From: Ostreococcus lucimarinus
Lineage: Eukaryota
Strand: one strand, 5' to 3'
Length of the DNA: 64,000 bases
NCBI GenBank assembly: GCA_000092065.1
Contig: CP000583.1
The position numbers were made by a program, and so were the translations under genes. Positions 30,001 through 39,548 of this stretch are shown in pieces. Numbering within the stretch: position 1 is the stretch's first letter; every line of letters starts with the position of its first letter. A model generated the notes under the pieces. The model was not told the origin of the DNA. It saw only the letters and a list, made by a program, of their open reading frames with translations, and ran no database searches.

Positions 30001-32540
30001 TAAATTTGTGCGCGCTCGACGTCGACACGACAGTGTCTATGACAGTACGACAGTAACTGTAATGGCGATTCATCATCGTCGCCATCGTCGTTGGCATCCA
30101 TGTACAAACCAGTCGCGCGCGCGCACAACGGATGATACGCGATGTAGCAACCCGGATGACAGCATTGGATTTTCGCGCCCATGCGTTGCTTACAGACCGT
30201 GCACAAGAGCGACCAGCGTTCTTTTTGAATGTTTGCGATGTTATCGATGGGCTCCATGCGCTCGATATCAAGCACGGTGGTCTCGGGTATCCATTGGCAG
30301 CACGCGCTGTGCGCCCAGAGCGAAGGAATCGTCGTCGGTTTGAGCGCACCGCCGGCGACGGGACACAAACAACACAAGGGTGTTTCGCTCACTGCACCAC
30401 CGGTGTGCTCGCACGAACGACACAGCCAACCGACGGTGTCGTCTGGTATGTCTGGAACACCGTAGCAAGACTGATGCACCGTCACCGCGCACGCCTCGCA
30501 CGTGATGAGCTGGTCAAAGTCGAAGTCGCGCTCATCGTCGCACACCGCACACCGATCGACGCTCCAACTCACTTGCACGATTTCGTAATCCAGCGAAGCA
30601 TTTTCATCGTCCTCGGTATGTTGATCCCTACGAGCGTTGAAATCATTGCCGTCCAAGAAACGTCCTATGGGCATCTTTGCCGGCTCAATCATTCTCAAAG
30701 ACGCCTTCCACTTTTTCGCTTGCCCCATGCCAGCGTGCTTTTCGAACTCAGTCGGCGTCATGTACTTGTTCGTTCCTGCGCAATCCGAGCATTGACACAT
30801 CACTTGATTCAAGCGCGTGTAATAGTCTGCGGCCACGCCGTTACAAATCACCGCAAGTGTCTCTGGCAACTCGTTCCCGTCGCGAAGCTTGGAAATATCA
30901 CCCGCCTTGGAGCGACGCGACGCCTTGCTCGCATCGGGGTTTCGTTCCGTCTTCACCCTCGCTGCGTGCGCGTCTGGGTTCAAGATTTTATCGTAACGCT
31001 TTCGCTGCTGGTCGTCGAGCTCGCCGCTCTCAAACATCTCCGTGATCATCTCTCTAAATCGCTCCGCCTCATCTCTGGCGAGCTCCTCGTATCTCTCGCG
31101 CTCTGACGCGTCAATCTCGCGCCACGCCGCACCCTGCTCGCGATAGACCGCGGCGAAATCTATGTTATCTTCGCCGTTTTCGTCTTTGTACTGTTGGAAG
31201 AAATCCGCGGCGAAGAGCTGCCACGAACTCTTCGGTCGTTTGGGCACGGTGTTTTGCTTCTTCGACACTGCGTGCGGCGATTTCATCGTCCCCGCTCGCA
31301 CCGAGGCTGAGGAAGAACCCTTTAGGAGTTTATCCAGCGTTGGCATGCGCCTCAGCAGCATTTTAGCCTCTTTCATCTCCTTTGAAGGTCGACCGACTCG
31401 AGGTTTGCTGAGAAGTTTTTCCAAGCGCTTGCGCTCTCGAATCTGCGCCTTGCGTTCAGCCTCGACGCGCGCTTGCTCCGCGAGTCTCGCCTCCGCGGCG
31501 ATCTGCTCGGGAGTTTTACTTCTACACACCGGACACGCGTACGGAATATCCTCATCCTCACCGTTTTGTTCTCTATCCAACACCTCCGCCGCCACGGCGT
31601 CGCATTCGCGATGAATCCACATCTCGCATCGATCGCACCCCACCATGGCGTCGCCCGCGCTCCAGTGCCACACTCGATCGCACACCGGACAGAACTGACC
31701 CTCTTTGTGCAACTTTCTGCACAGCGCGCAGAGCCCATTCGAGTTTTTCGATCGCAACGACTCGTCATCCGTCACGCCGCACGACGCGCACCGACGCGTC
31801 GCCAGCCGCTCCGCCGGCGCGCTGCACGGCAACCCGAACGAGTCCTGTAATCCCAGCACCCCCACCTCGTCTTCGCGCTCGCCCTCGCGCGAGCCATCGT
31901 CGCCGTCGAGCCCCTTCCCGTCCCCCCCCCGATCGTCGGCTCTCCCTTCGCTCTCCGTCGCCCCGACGTCGTCCTCGTCCGCCGCCGCCGCCTCGCGCGC
32001 CTCCTCGCACGCCTCCTCGAACGCCCTCGGTCGCATTCGCTTCGCCACGCGCTGCGCGTCCAACCCTCGTCGCACCCCTCGCGCCCACGCCATCAACCCC
32101 TCCGCGGGCGCCCAGCAATAATCCCTCTCCCGCCCCCGCGTCCCGCTCGGCCCGTAAAACATCACGCAGCAGCACGCCGCCGCGAAATCCCTCCGCACCG
32201 CCTCCGGCGCTCGCCCCACGTCCACGATCACGCCCGGCCACATCGGTTCCCGTCCTCGCGCGCCGACGCCTCGCGCGAACACGACGTCTCCCGCGACGTA
32301 CGACGCGAGCGGCGCCGGCGAATCGTCCGCGTCGTCCGTCGCCCCCCTCGTCGGTCGCGCGCGCGTCGCGCGTCCATCGTCGCCGTCGTCGCCGTCCGTC
32401 CGCGCCGTCGACGTCGACGGCATCGCGACGCGCGCGCCGCCCGCGACGGGCGCGCCCGGGAGCATCGCGCGACGCGACGCGTCGCGAACGCGCGCGCGGC
32501 GCGGCGCGGCCGCGCAATGCGCCGACGTATGAAAACCCAT
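27075..32540 (-). CDS. Trithorax-type SET-domain histone-lysine methyltransferase with PWWP, PHD/ePHD, HMG-box, CW zinc finger and three SAND-like modules
   Basis: Single 5.6-kb ORF; the track start 32672 is TTG and the first ATG is 32540. Domains from the N-terminus:
- PWWP-like: DVVFARG...EPMWPGVIVD
- PHD: CALCRKLHKEGQFCPVCDRVWHW...VGCDRCEMWIHRECD
- HMG box: PKRPKSSWQLFAADFFQQYK...AWREIDASERERYEELARDEAERFRE
- ePHD: CAVCDDERDFDFDQLITCEACAVTVHQSCYG...WLCRSC...CCLCP..GGALKPT
- CW finger: WVQCENPSCGKWRRVP
- SET/post-SET: FARFTNHSCNPNMYSKIV...GEELTYNY.F....KVPCYCGADNCRGYL
Three KKWK-containing SAND-like units are described under findings. Confidence 0.92.
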   Translation of the reverse strand: MGFHTSAHCAAAPRRARVRDASRRAMLPGAPVAGGARVAMPSTSTARTDGDDGDDGRATRARPTRGATDDADDSPAPLASYVAGDVVFARGVGARGREPMWPGVIVDVGRAPEAVRRDFAAACCCVMFYGPSGTRGRERDYCWAPAEGLMAWARGVRRGLDAQRVAKRMRPRAFEEACEEAREAAAADEDDVGATESEGRADDRGGDGKGLDGDDGSREGEREDEVGVLGLQDSFGLPCSAPAERLATRRCASCGVTDDESLRSKNSNGLCALCRKLHKEGQFCPVCDRVWHWSAGDAMVGCDRCEMWIHRECDAVAAEVLDREQNGEDEDIPYACPVCRSKTPEQIAAEARLAEQARVEAERKAQIRERKRLEKLLSKPRVGRPSKEMKEAKMLLRRMPTLDKLLKGSSSASVRAGTMKSPHAVSKKQNTVPKRPKSSWQLFAADFFQQYKDENGEDNIDFAAVYREQGAAWREIDASERERYEELARDEAERFREMITEMFESGELDDQQRKRYDKILNPDAHAARVKTERNPDASKASRRSKAGDISKLRDGNELPETLAVICNGVAADYYTRLNQVMCQCSDCAGTNKYMTPTEFEKHAGMGQAKKWKASLRMIEPAKMPIGRFLDGNDFNARRDQHTEDDENASLDYEIVQVSWSVDRCAVCDDERDFDFDQLITCEACAVTVHQSCYGVPDIPDDTVGWLCRSCEHTGGAVSETPLCCLCPVAGGALKPTTIPSLWAHSACCQWIPETTVLDIERMEPIDNIANIQKERWSLLCTVCKQRMGAKIQCCHPGCYIAYHPLCARATGLYMDANDDGDDDESPLQLLSYCHRHCRVDVERAQIYAGTEGLKIGQEGRLLECGANKERKRTKAEMRAETEERERREASATLADEPELSSDSETDFMNCAKFRRYEQLGHPRTEADIKDENEENPDAPGSGTKKYRVRKRVLHADDEDENDDDDDDEDDDDDDDMTERADTDMVHTKDDVIAHQRVDTMETTEDLLQDDDDDDDAELSTDLDVEYDADPTDDDDDDNAEGGKTDAEDAVEDADAKLDPSTTFPESKRRKTVSERSESSPQSATLALQAKLPEAKYPALPGGLPVPEGNVPRPDIPEVNIYCKTFRGIFRPADTLIKCLCGRCRREAEATNSDATTLWEANRWEQHAGMKHTKKWKTSIRVVVDDNGGEQAFGDWLTDHNIVVLANTGKTAKVASMSAKPKAQRPKASRTHALLGLGLGTFEDDKLEDKSGEETRARALVGRRVQIDTGTILAPDWKDGTMIDVTITRTGIRYKVIFDDGTDLMISFTRDAQNLKFVDGEAPDLSFLPEAAKLSSGKNTQLETQLAIANAQFTSAKRPSNPADRAKIAELGRPKKPREKEAWVQCENPSCGKWRRVPQSFAEKLSADDADMWTCQKNPEAAFSVCSVPQEFEDDEIDRRIALGDNAPYMEGSDDEESEDEDAVRTHVPDDLPAMVSVVCKGVSGTYHVQTRRIECLCRACVDSDQGPVYHERSRFEAHIGVKGPKKWSHHIRVVLNNRTVMSLGKWLEVWGCEIRREKTVDLSAKSLGHQRNLSRKQLEEIQANVYKRLGLNKNDKNAKVTGPPPKTGKRLYVGLTPYIVRGSRGAFKRELIASKKYTPEEFAAVQAERKARGVNGASDDKVVEQHGLTMREKLEQMTASYSDRLTFAKSNIHGWGLVAKVFHKAGSIVTQFKGETCRSTVADLRETFYEDNGVDCYLLKQDDDTVVDCTFQGNFARFTNHSCNPNMYSKIVKVDDANHIIFFARTDVRPGEELTYNYRFESEDGKVPCYCGADNCRGYLC

Positions 32541-33153
32541 CCGAGATCGCGCGCGTGTTTCGGGGCACGAAACACCCGCGCGCGGCGAGAGATTCGATCG
32601 CGCGATCGCCACGTGCCGCGCCGACGGCCGCGCGACGCGCGATCGCGCACACCGCGCTTTTCGAACGCGCAATACGTCGATCTCGGCGAACTTCGCGAAA
32701 TTCGCGCCGCGCGAAAAAAAAAGAAGCGCCGATCCGCAAAGACGGAAAAGATTTTCTCGCGCGCGCGATCGGATCTCGAACGCGGGGGATTCGCGCGATC
32801 GACGACGTGAGGTTCGCGCGCGATCGATGATCGCCGACTCCAGGGTCGCGCGATCGCGCGATCGATCGATCGCGCGCGCGTGCCGCGCGCGGCCGACCGC
32901 GCGCGCGCGGCCTTTCGGAACCCGCGGGCGCGCGCGCGGGAGACGACGACGCGCGAGGCGCGCGGGCGAGCGCGAGCGCGGGCGCGAGCGCGCGCGGGGG
33001 GGTTCGGTGCGAAAAAATTCGCGCGCGGCGACGTCGAGGCGCGGGCGCGGAGACGCGGTCGGCGACGGCGCGAGGGCGGTGGCGATTCATCCATCCATCG
33101 CGCCATCGAGCCATCGAGCCATCCATCGCGGCGCGGCGGGCGAGACGGGGGGC

Positions 33154-34059
33154 ATGGGCGTGGTGTCGCGACATCGATCGACGCGCGCGCAGGCGGTGAA
33201 CGGGATGCGCGATAACGGCCTGCCGCGGAGCGACAGCGCGATGACGCTGCGGAACGCGCAGAAGGGGTCGGAGACGAGCGCGCGCGCGACGCGGGGCAAG
33301 TCGCCATCGCGCGCGGCCGGAGATCGCGGTGATCCGTGTGTGACGGACGCGAACCGGGTCGCGGCGACGGCGGCGACGCGCGGGGACGGGACGGAGACGC
33401 CGCTGGGGGGGGAGGACGAAGACGAGGACATGCTCGGGGAGGAGACGCCGTCCGCGAGGGAGCTGGTGCCGGATCGACGGTGGTACACGCTGGTGAAGAT
33501 TCACGACGACGGGTGCACGGTGGCGGTGTCGGACGCGGAGCTGGCGATGCTGGAGGCGAGCATTTTGAAGGAAAACGTGGGGGGAGGGGCGAACGCGTGG
33601 ACGCGACCGTCGTCGATGCGACCGTGCTCGAGCGAGGAAGATGGTTCGGGCGGACGATGGGCGCCGGACGACGCGGAGGAGTACGAGGAGTGCGGGGCGA
33701 GCGGACGCGGCGGGGACTCGATGTCGGCGTGGGAGGACTCGGAAGTCAGCAGACTGCCGAGCGCGGCGCCGGGCGTGGCTGGGCACACCAAACCGGGCGG
33801 TCCGTGTGATCACTGCGGTGCGTTGGACTCGCCGCAGTGGCGCCGAGGACCGGCGAGCAAGCCGATGCTGTGCAACGCGTGCGGCACCCGATACCGCAGA
33901 ACGAACAACCTGGGACCGTCGCCGTCGAGCCGCATGGCGACGCCGGAGAAACGCAAGGCGACTGCGGTACAACAAAACGACACCCCGCGTGGGAAAAAGA
34001 ACGCGCGCTGCGGTGCTATCGGTGAAAAATTTTCCCGAGCAAATGCGATGGTTTACTAA
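33154..34059 (+). CDS. GATA-type zinc-finger transcription factor
   Basis: The C-terminal finger CDHCGALDSPQWRRGPASKPMLCNACGTRYRR is a canonical type IV GATA finger (C-x2-C-x18-C-x2-C). The ORF is open from ATG 32827. The first 109 codons look like Arg-rich promoter junk, so I prefer ATG 33154 (MGVVSRH...). The start is uncertain. Confidence 0.8.
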   Translation: MGVVSRHRSTRAQAVNGMRDNGLPRSDSAMTLRNAQKGSETSARATRGKSPSRAAGDRGDPCVTDANRVAATAATRGDGTETPLGGEDEDEDMLGEETPSARELVPDRRWYTLVKIHDDGCTVAVSDAELAMLEASILKENVGGGANAWTRPSSMRPCSSEEDGSGGRWAPDDAEEYEECGASGRGGDSMSAWEDSEVSRLPSAAPGVAGHTKPGGPCDHCGALDSPQWRRGPASKPMLCNACGTRYRRTNNLGPSPSSRMATPEKRKATAVQQNDTPRGKKNARCGAIGEKFSRANAMVY

Positions 34060-34229
34060 ATAAACCTCGCCCAACGACGTGTTGGCGTCCGGATCTTATC
34101 TTCAAGGATCTAAAATCTATTCCAACCTAATTCACCTATTCCTTTGAAGATCACAAGCAGTGGATGCAAAAATATAGAAGCCGCAAAAATGTTATTACAA
34201 ACATGAATTTAGTAGTTTACATGCGTTGC

Positions 34230-37130
34230 CTAAGCTTCACCTCTCGCGACGAGGTGCTCGCGCAGCCAGCGCTTCTTCGCGAGCAACTGCGCTTTGCGCG
34301 ATTCCAGTCTGGCGCCGTCCTCGCGCGCGGAGGCAGCCAGCCTGGAGAATTTCGAATTCGTCGATGACGCGTCGTTACCAGGGCTCGTTGACGAGACCGT
34401 TTCAACATCATTTGGCGCGTTTTGATTCATCGAAGCCTTTGACGGCGTCGGCGAGGCAAAACTGCGCAGACGATTGCCAAAGCTGCCGAGCTTGGATCCG
34501 GCGATGTCGGTTAGTTTTTCCATCTGACTCGTCAGCGAGCGGAGAGAGTTGCCCGACATCGGCGATGCGTGCGATGGATTTAGCTCACGTATTGATCCAG
34601 GTGATGTAGAGAGCGAAGAGCTCGCGTCTAGCCGACTCGTCGATGCGGCGAGTGCGGCTTGCGTGTCGCTGAGCGCCTGTGCGGACGAGTCGATGATGCT
34701 GACGTACTCCAGAACGACCTGGCTCGTGATTTTGCGAACGAACGATGACCACTCACGAAGGATTCTCACGCAAGAATTTCTCGCGCTCGCACTCAATTCT
34801 TCGATGATGTCGGCGAGTCGCTCAAAATCGTCGACGAAATCCTTTGAGCCCCGTGCGACGAGCTCGTGCTCCAACCACTCGCCCGCTTCAAAGACGAGCA
34901 ATAACGACGCGTTGGTCTGAGATAACGTGCGCGAAGATATCGCCCGCACGCTTTGTGATGTTTGCTTCTCACGCTCCAGCGCGTTCGAGCGTCGACTCAG
35001 AACCGATTCGAGCGTCTTGACGCTTTGCAAAGCCGCTCGAAGACGTCTTTCTTCATCCGCGTGCGATTGCTCCAAGCCGTCTTTTGCGCTCACACTGCCA
35101 GTCTCGCTATCGCTCGCCGCCAACGCGTCATCAATGGCAATATGCGACTTATCATACGCCTTCATAAGTTCGCGTGAGACCTGCTCGAGCTTTTTCTCCG
35201 TTGATTCCTGCTTTATCTTGTTGCGGCTCTCCGCGTTCGCCGCCCAATCGTTCACCGCGTCCTCCTCCGCGGATAATTCGTCCTTGAGTTTTGCCGTAGT
35301 CGCGCTTAAATTTTGCCTCAACCTCGGCAAGTCTTCGATCGCTTCCGTGTGCGTGCGCTTCACCATGATTCTAATTTCGTTCAACCTATTCTCCGTCTCG
35401 TTCTTATGAGACTGAAAAGACGCGGCGAGATATTCCTCGTCCGGTTCGGCGGTGATTGAAGCCTCCGCGTTTGTGTCCTCTCCGAGGTCTTCCCAACCAT
35501 CTGCTCGGGATATTTTCGGTGTGACACTTTTTTTACGCTCACCGACGAGCACGCTCACCATCCACGCGAGTTCAGCACGGATTTGTTCGAGGGACTCGAG
35601 GACAATTTCCGCCTGTTCGATTGTGACCTCAAAAATTGACTCTGTCCAAAGCGGCCACATCGATCTGTTGTACGATTGCGAAGCGAGAAACACGCTCAAA
35701 TCTGGCGCCATTTCCAACTGTTGATCCATAGTGTTGCGAAGTGTGATGACTTTTGTCGCGAATTCACCTTGAAGAAAGCGAATCTCTTCGCAAAATGATT
35801 TCAGTCGCGACTCCAGAATGGCGCGCAACGGTCGCAAAACGATTTGTTTCACGCACGTCAACACTTTATCGCCATGCTCTGTGAGCGCATTCGCGTGCGT
35901 CTCAATCGACACCACTTTGGCAAAGATTGAATTCAGCTCACTCGTTTTGAGAATAGATTCGGGTGAGTTCCTGTCATCACTCGAGTGTCGCTCACGCTGC
36001 GACTCGTTTTCGACGGGTTCGCCATTCATGTCGGAATCATGAACACTGCTCGCGAGCGATGCATCCTTGAGCATGGATAACTCATCTTTCAAATTTTCAG
36101 TCGCGCACATATTTTCGTGCGCGGCCGTCATTTTATCTCGTAGATCTCCCGAGAGTAGACCGACGTACAAGTCATCCACATCCGTCAACGCCGACACGTT
36201 TGTAATCGCGGCGGGCAACCGCACGTCGCTCGGACGTCGAAACTTCCCTCGCACGCGCGCCGTAAGTTCGTCTACTTTCGCGGGCGAAAGTTCGTTGCTC
36301 AATAACTCGCGAACTCGCGCTAGAAACGCGTCGCACTCCGCCTCATCGCACGCGTCGCCCTCGCCTTCGCTTGCCGGCGCTCGGCGCAAACTCTCGCTGC
36401 ATCGTTGCAGCAGCTCGATCGCCTCGCCCATCTCCGTGGTCGCTAAAATTGCCTGCGCGTTCCGTTCGAGCAGCGCGACGCACGCCGCAAATAGCGGCGC
36501 GCGGTGTCGGTGCCTAAACATCTCATCCCACACCTCCATCGTCGCTCGCGTCGGTAACACGTTGACGAAGAGCGTGAGCAACCACTGCCCGCTCATGATG
36601 GCCGCGATGATATCATCCGGCCCCAGCGCCCCCACGTGCAAGCCAACGCTCGGCAAACGCTCGCGCAATATCCTCATAAACACCCTCTGATCGAGTTTCG
36701 CCGCCGTCATCCCTTCCGAAAAGTACCCCGGCACGATTTCCCCCACCAGCTGCACCAGGCACCAAAACGCGTCCTCCTCGTCCAATCCCGCCAGCAACAA
36801 AAACGCCGCGATCGAGTGCATCGACTGCACGTACCCGATCTCCGGTTCGTGCGACACGAACGCCAGCAGCACTCGCTTCAGCGCGTTCCAATCCTTCGTT
36901 CCCGGCTCGCTCAGATCCAACGCGTTTCGAAACGCGCCGCCGACGCGCGGCAAATCCTTATCAATCTGCCCCGACGTCTCCGCGCTGTGCGTCTCCTCGT
37001 CCCCTCTCAGATCCACCAGCGCGCGATAGTGCCCCGGGTACGTCTCCCGCATCCCTCGCGCCGCGCTCCGCGCCCACGTCTCGCTTCGCGCCGCGTCGTT
37101 CGCGTCTCGCGCGTGCGTTTCGTTCGCCAT
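34230..37130 (-). CDS. TBC-domain Rab GTPase-activating protein with long C-terminal coiled-coil region
   Basis: In-frame ATG 37130 (MANETHARD...). The Arg-finger motif is QIDKDLPRVGG. The Gln-finger is EIGYVQSMHSIAAFLLL. These are followed by GQWLLTLFVNVLPTRATMEVWDEMF. The remaining roughly 650 aa are helical and Ser/Glu-rich. Confidence 0.88.
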   Translation of the reverse strand: MANETHARDANDAARSETWARSAARGMRETYPGHYRALVDLRGDEETHSAETSGQIDKDLPRVGGAFRNALDLSEPGTKDWNALKRVLLAFVSHEPEIGYVQSMHSIAAFLLLAGLDEEDAFWCLVQLVGEIVPGYFSEGMTAAKLDQRVFMRILRERLPSVGLHVGALGPDDIIAAIMSGQWLLTLFVNVLPTRATMEVWDEMFRHRHRAPLFAACVALLERNAQAILATTEMGEAIELLQRCSESLRRAPASEGEGDACDEAECDAFLARVRELLSNELSPAKVDELTARVRGKFRRPSDVRLPAAITNVSALTDVDDLYVGLLSGDLRDKMTAAHENMCATENLKDELSMLKDASLASSVHDSDMNGEPVENESQRERHSSDDRNSPESILKTSELNSIFAKVVSIETHANALTEHGDKVLTCVKQIVLRPLRAILESRLKSFCEEIRFLQGEFATKVITLRNTMDQQLEMAPDLSVFLASQSYNRSMWPLWTESIFEVTIEQAEIVLESLEQIRAELAWMVSVLVGERKKSVTPKISRADGWEDLGEDTNAEASITAEPDEEYLAASFQSHKNETENRLNEIRIMVKRTHTEAIEDLPRLRQNLSATTAKLKDELSAEEDAVNDWAANAESRNKIKQESTEKKLEQVSRELMKAYDKSHIAIDDALAASDSETGSVSAKDGLEQSHADEERRLRAALQSVKTLESVLSRRSNALEREKQTSQSVRAISSRTLSQTNASLLLVFEAGEWLEHELVARGSKDFVDDFERLADIIEELSASARNSCVRILREWSSFVRKITSQVVLEYVSIIDSSAQALSDTQAALAASTSRLDASSSLSTSPGSIRELNPSHASPMSGNSLRSLTSQMEKLTDIAGSKLGSFGNRLRSFASPTPSKASMNQNAPNDVETVSSTSPGNDASSTNSKFSRLAASAREDGARLESRKAQLLAKKRWLREHLVARGEA

Positions 37131-37160
37131 CGCGCGATTCGATTCGACGCGATTCGACCT

Positions 37161-37239
37161 CCCTCGTCCCTCGTCCCTCGTCCCTCGCGCGCGATCGACG
37201 CGCGCGATCGACGCGCGCGATCGACGCGCGCGATCGACG
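37161..37239. repeat. Promoter-region tandem repeats: (CCCTCGT)x3.5 then (CGCGCGATCGACG)x4
   Basis: The 7-bp units span 37161-37186. Perfect 13-bp units lie at 37188, 37201, 37214 and 37227. The array lies between the divergent TBC (ATG 37130) and hypothetical (ATG 37560) genes. Confidence 0.9.
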
Positions 37240-37559
37240 CTCGCGCGCGTCCGTCTCGCGCGTCTCGCGCGCGCGCGTCTCGCGCGTCCCGCGCGTCGAC
37301 CGAACGAATCGACGCGTCCGTCTCTCGGACGTCTCGGACGCGACGATCCGTCTCGGACGCGGAGACGCGCGACGCAGCGACGGCGCGCGCACACCGCGAC
37401 GCACGCGCGACGGCGAACGACGACGAACGACGTCCGCGACGCGCGCGCGCGAGACGGCGAACGACGACGCGCGCGAGACGGCGAAAAAAGGCGCGACGCA
37501 TCGCGAGACGACGGCGAACGACGGTTTGAGTTCTCGGAGGCGAACGAGCGACGCGCGCG

Positions 37560-39548
37560 ATGCTTCGAGCGAGCGCGGCGCGACGAGACGTGCCGACGCC
37601 GGTCCTGGGGAGGTTATCGCTCGCGCGCGTGGCGCTGGTGGCGATGCGCGTGGAGCCGGAGGTGACGGAGGCGAGCGCGCGGGAGACGCTGCGGCGGGTG
37701 GTGGAATCGACGGTGCGCGCGGAGCTGCGAACGCTGCGAACGGCGTTCGGAGACGCGGCGACGGACGAGGGCGAGGGATGGCGCGATGTGCACGTGTTGG
37801 GGATGTCGAGCGAGACGTACGTGTGCGTGACGCCGCGGAAGTACGCGGAGGCGACGAAGATGGTGTGTCGGGCGACGACGAGCGACGAGAAAATTAAAGA
37901 GGCAAAGATTCCAGTGCGCGTGACGGAGGTGACGACGTGCGAGGGGAAGGATCAGATGGATGTGTTGCGGAGTTTGGTGCCGACGTTGGTTATGCAGGCG
38001 TTCGGAGAGGTGCCGCACTGGCGTGCGTTCGGGCGCACGGAGTACGGGACGCGGTTCATGTACGAAGACTTTTTCCCGTCGGTGCCGGGAGGGATGACGC
38101 ACGCCTTCGGGGTCGAGATTGAACACGGAATCAAAGTCACCAAGGCGCCGGCGACGCTGGCGCAGGACATCGGTGAAGATTGTGAAATTGAGATTCTGTT
38201 TCCAAGCATCAACGCCGTGGCGCTGCGGCTGCAACGATTTGGATCGGTGATCGACGAAATGCGACAACACGGAGTGGCGACGGCGAAAATCAGATCATTC
38301 ATCGACGGCGCCAAAGTCGTCGAGATCCACGACACGCCGATCATGGCGCAAGCGGCGCCGGAAATCGGCGTTGAAGTCGGTATCGTCGCGATTCGTCGCG
38401 AAGTTCCGCGTCCTTGCGGCTTCAAATCGATCGCAGAATTCAGAATCGCCTTCGAGTCGTCGCTCGGAACGTTTGTGCCCAGACACGCTCACACGGATGA
38501 TTCAGAGGAGGAACTTCTCGCTGATATCTGCGTTCCTGGGTGCGATAAACCTTTCTTATGGCCCGTGTCTTTGCTTCTCAAAAGCACTGGAGGTACCGAA
38601 TTTCCGGCAAGGCAGTCGCATGTGACGAACGACCACGTGCTGCGATTTCTCGAAGCCGCGCGACGCGTGAACATCGTCGACGCCCATCTTTCCTGGCTCG
38701 TCCGACGGAGCACGTTCTTGGCTCGTGAGAGCGCGCCCAAGAGTGGACCTGTCGTCCCAGATCGTGATATCTTCGTCGGCGCCTCGCACAACCGAAGCGG
38801 ATGGCCCGCGTTTTCTGCCCGAGCTAACGGGATGCCAGATTCGCTCGAGATGTGGGTCGATCCTTGGCCGCCGAATCGTAACGCGTTGCCGGATAGCATC
38901 TTCTCGCCACACGATATGGTCCCACCGAACTTTACGTCTACACCACCATCCATTCCACCAACGTTGAAAGCGCCGGGCGAAAGCAGTGATCTATTCATCG
39001 GCGAAGATTTCGACGATATCATTGATTGCGCGATGGACTTGTCTCCGTCTCGAATCGTCGCCAACGCGAGAAAGCGCATGCGCGTTGAATCTTCCGGCGA
39101 CGAAGCGCCTCCAGTGCTCGGGAGCCGCGTGACGCAGGATGGTATTCAAAAGTCACAGTTTTACAGCGTGCCAGGAGCTCCACCGATGAAGAAAAGGACG
39201 ACGCCGACGGGTCGAGAAAATCTCAAGAATCGAATCGTCGCCGCGTACGGAGTCGACAATACTGAAGTTTCCAAGCGTTTTCTCGATGTCTGTCTGCTGA
39301 TTGAGGCCGACAAACTTGATCAAATTACCGTCTCTCGGCACCATGCATTGGATGCTGCGGTGACTGACGCCCGAAACTTGATCAAATCTGTTTTGAAAAA
39401 GTATGAAGACGACGAAAACGGCAAGAATTTTGTAGAGCGATGTGGCCTTGTGCTGACGCAGATCCCGAAGGGGCGGAAGAAAGTGGAACTCATTGATTTC
39501 TTGCGAAGCGCTTTCGATCTAAAGATAAAGACGAAAACAAAGTTATAA
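37560..39548 (+). CDS. Hypothetical protein, 662 aa, no family recognised
   Basis: ATG at 37560, uninterrupted ORF. The composition is ordinary and balanced after the first 60 codons, and the gene ends in AT-rich DNA. I recognise no motif. Confidence 0.6.
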   Translation: MLRASAARRDVPTPVLGRLSLARVALVAMRVEPEVTEASARETLRRVVESTVRAELRTLRTAFGDAATDEGEGWRDVHVLGMSSETYVCVTPRKYAEATKMVCRATTSDEKIKEAKIPVRVTEVTTCEGKDQMDVLRSLVPTLVMQAFGEVPHWRAFGRTEYGTRFMYEDFFPSVPGGMTHAFGVEIEHGIKVTKAPATLAQDIGEDCEIEILFPSINAVALRLQRFGSVIDEMRQHGVATAKIRSFIDGAKVVEIHDTPIMAQAAPEIGVEVGIVAIRREVPRPCGFKSIAEFRIAFESSLGTFVPRHAHTDDSEEELLADICVPGCDKPFLWPVSLLLKSTGGTEFPARQSHVTNDHVLRFLEAARRVNIVDAHLSWLVRRSTFLARESAPKSGPVVPDRDIFVGASHNRSGWPAFSARANGMPDSLEMWVDPWPPNRNALPDSIFSPHDMVPPNFTSTPPSIPPTLKAPGESSDLFIGEDFDDIIDCAMDLSPSRIVANARKRMRVESSGDEAPPVLGSRVTQDGIQKSQFYSVPGAPPMKKRTTPTGRENLKNRIVAAYGVDNTEVSKRFLDVCLLIEADKLDQITVSRHHALDAAVTDARNLIKSVLKKYEDDENGKNFVERCGLVLTQIPKGRKKVELIDFLRSAFDLKIKTKTKL

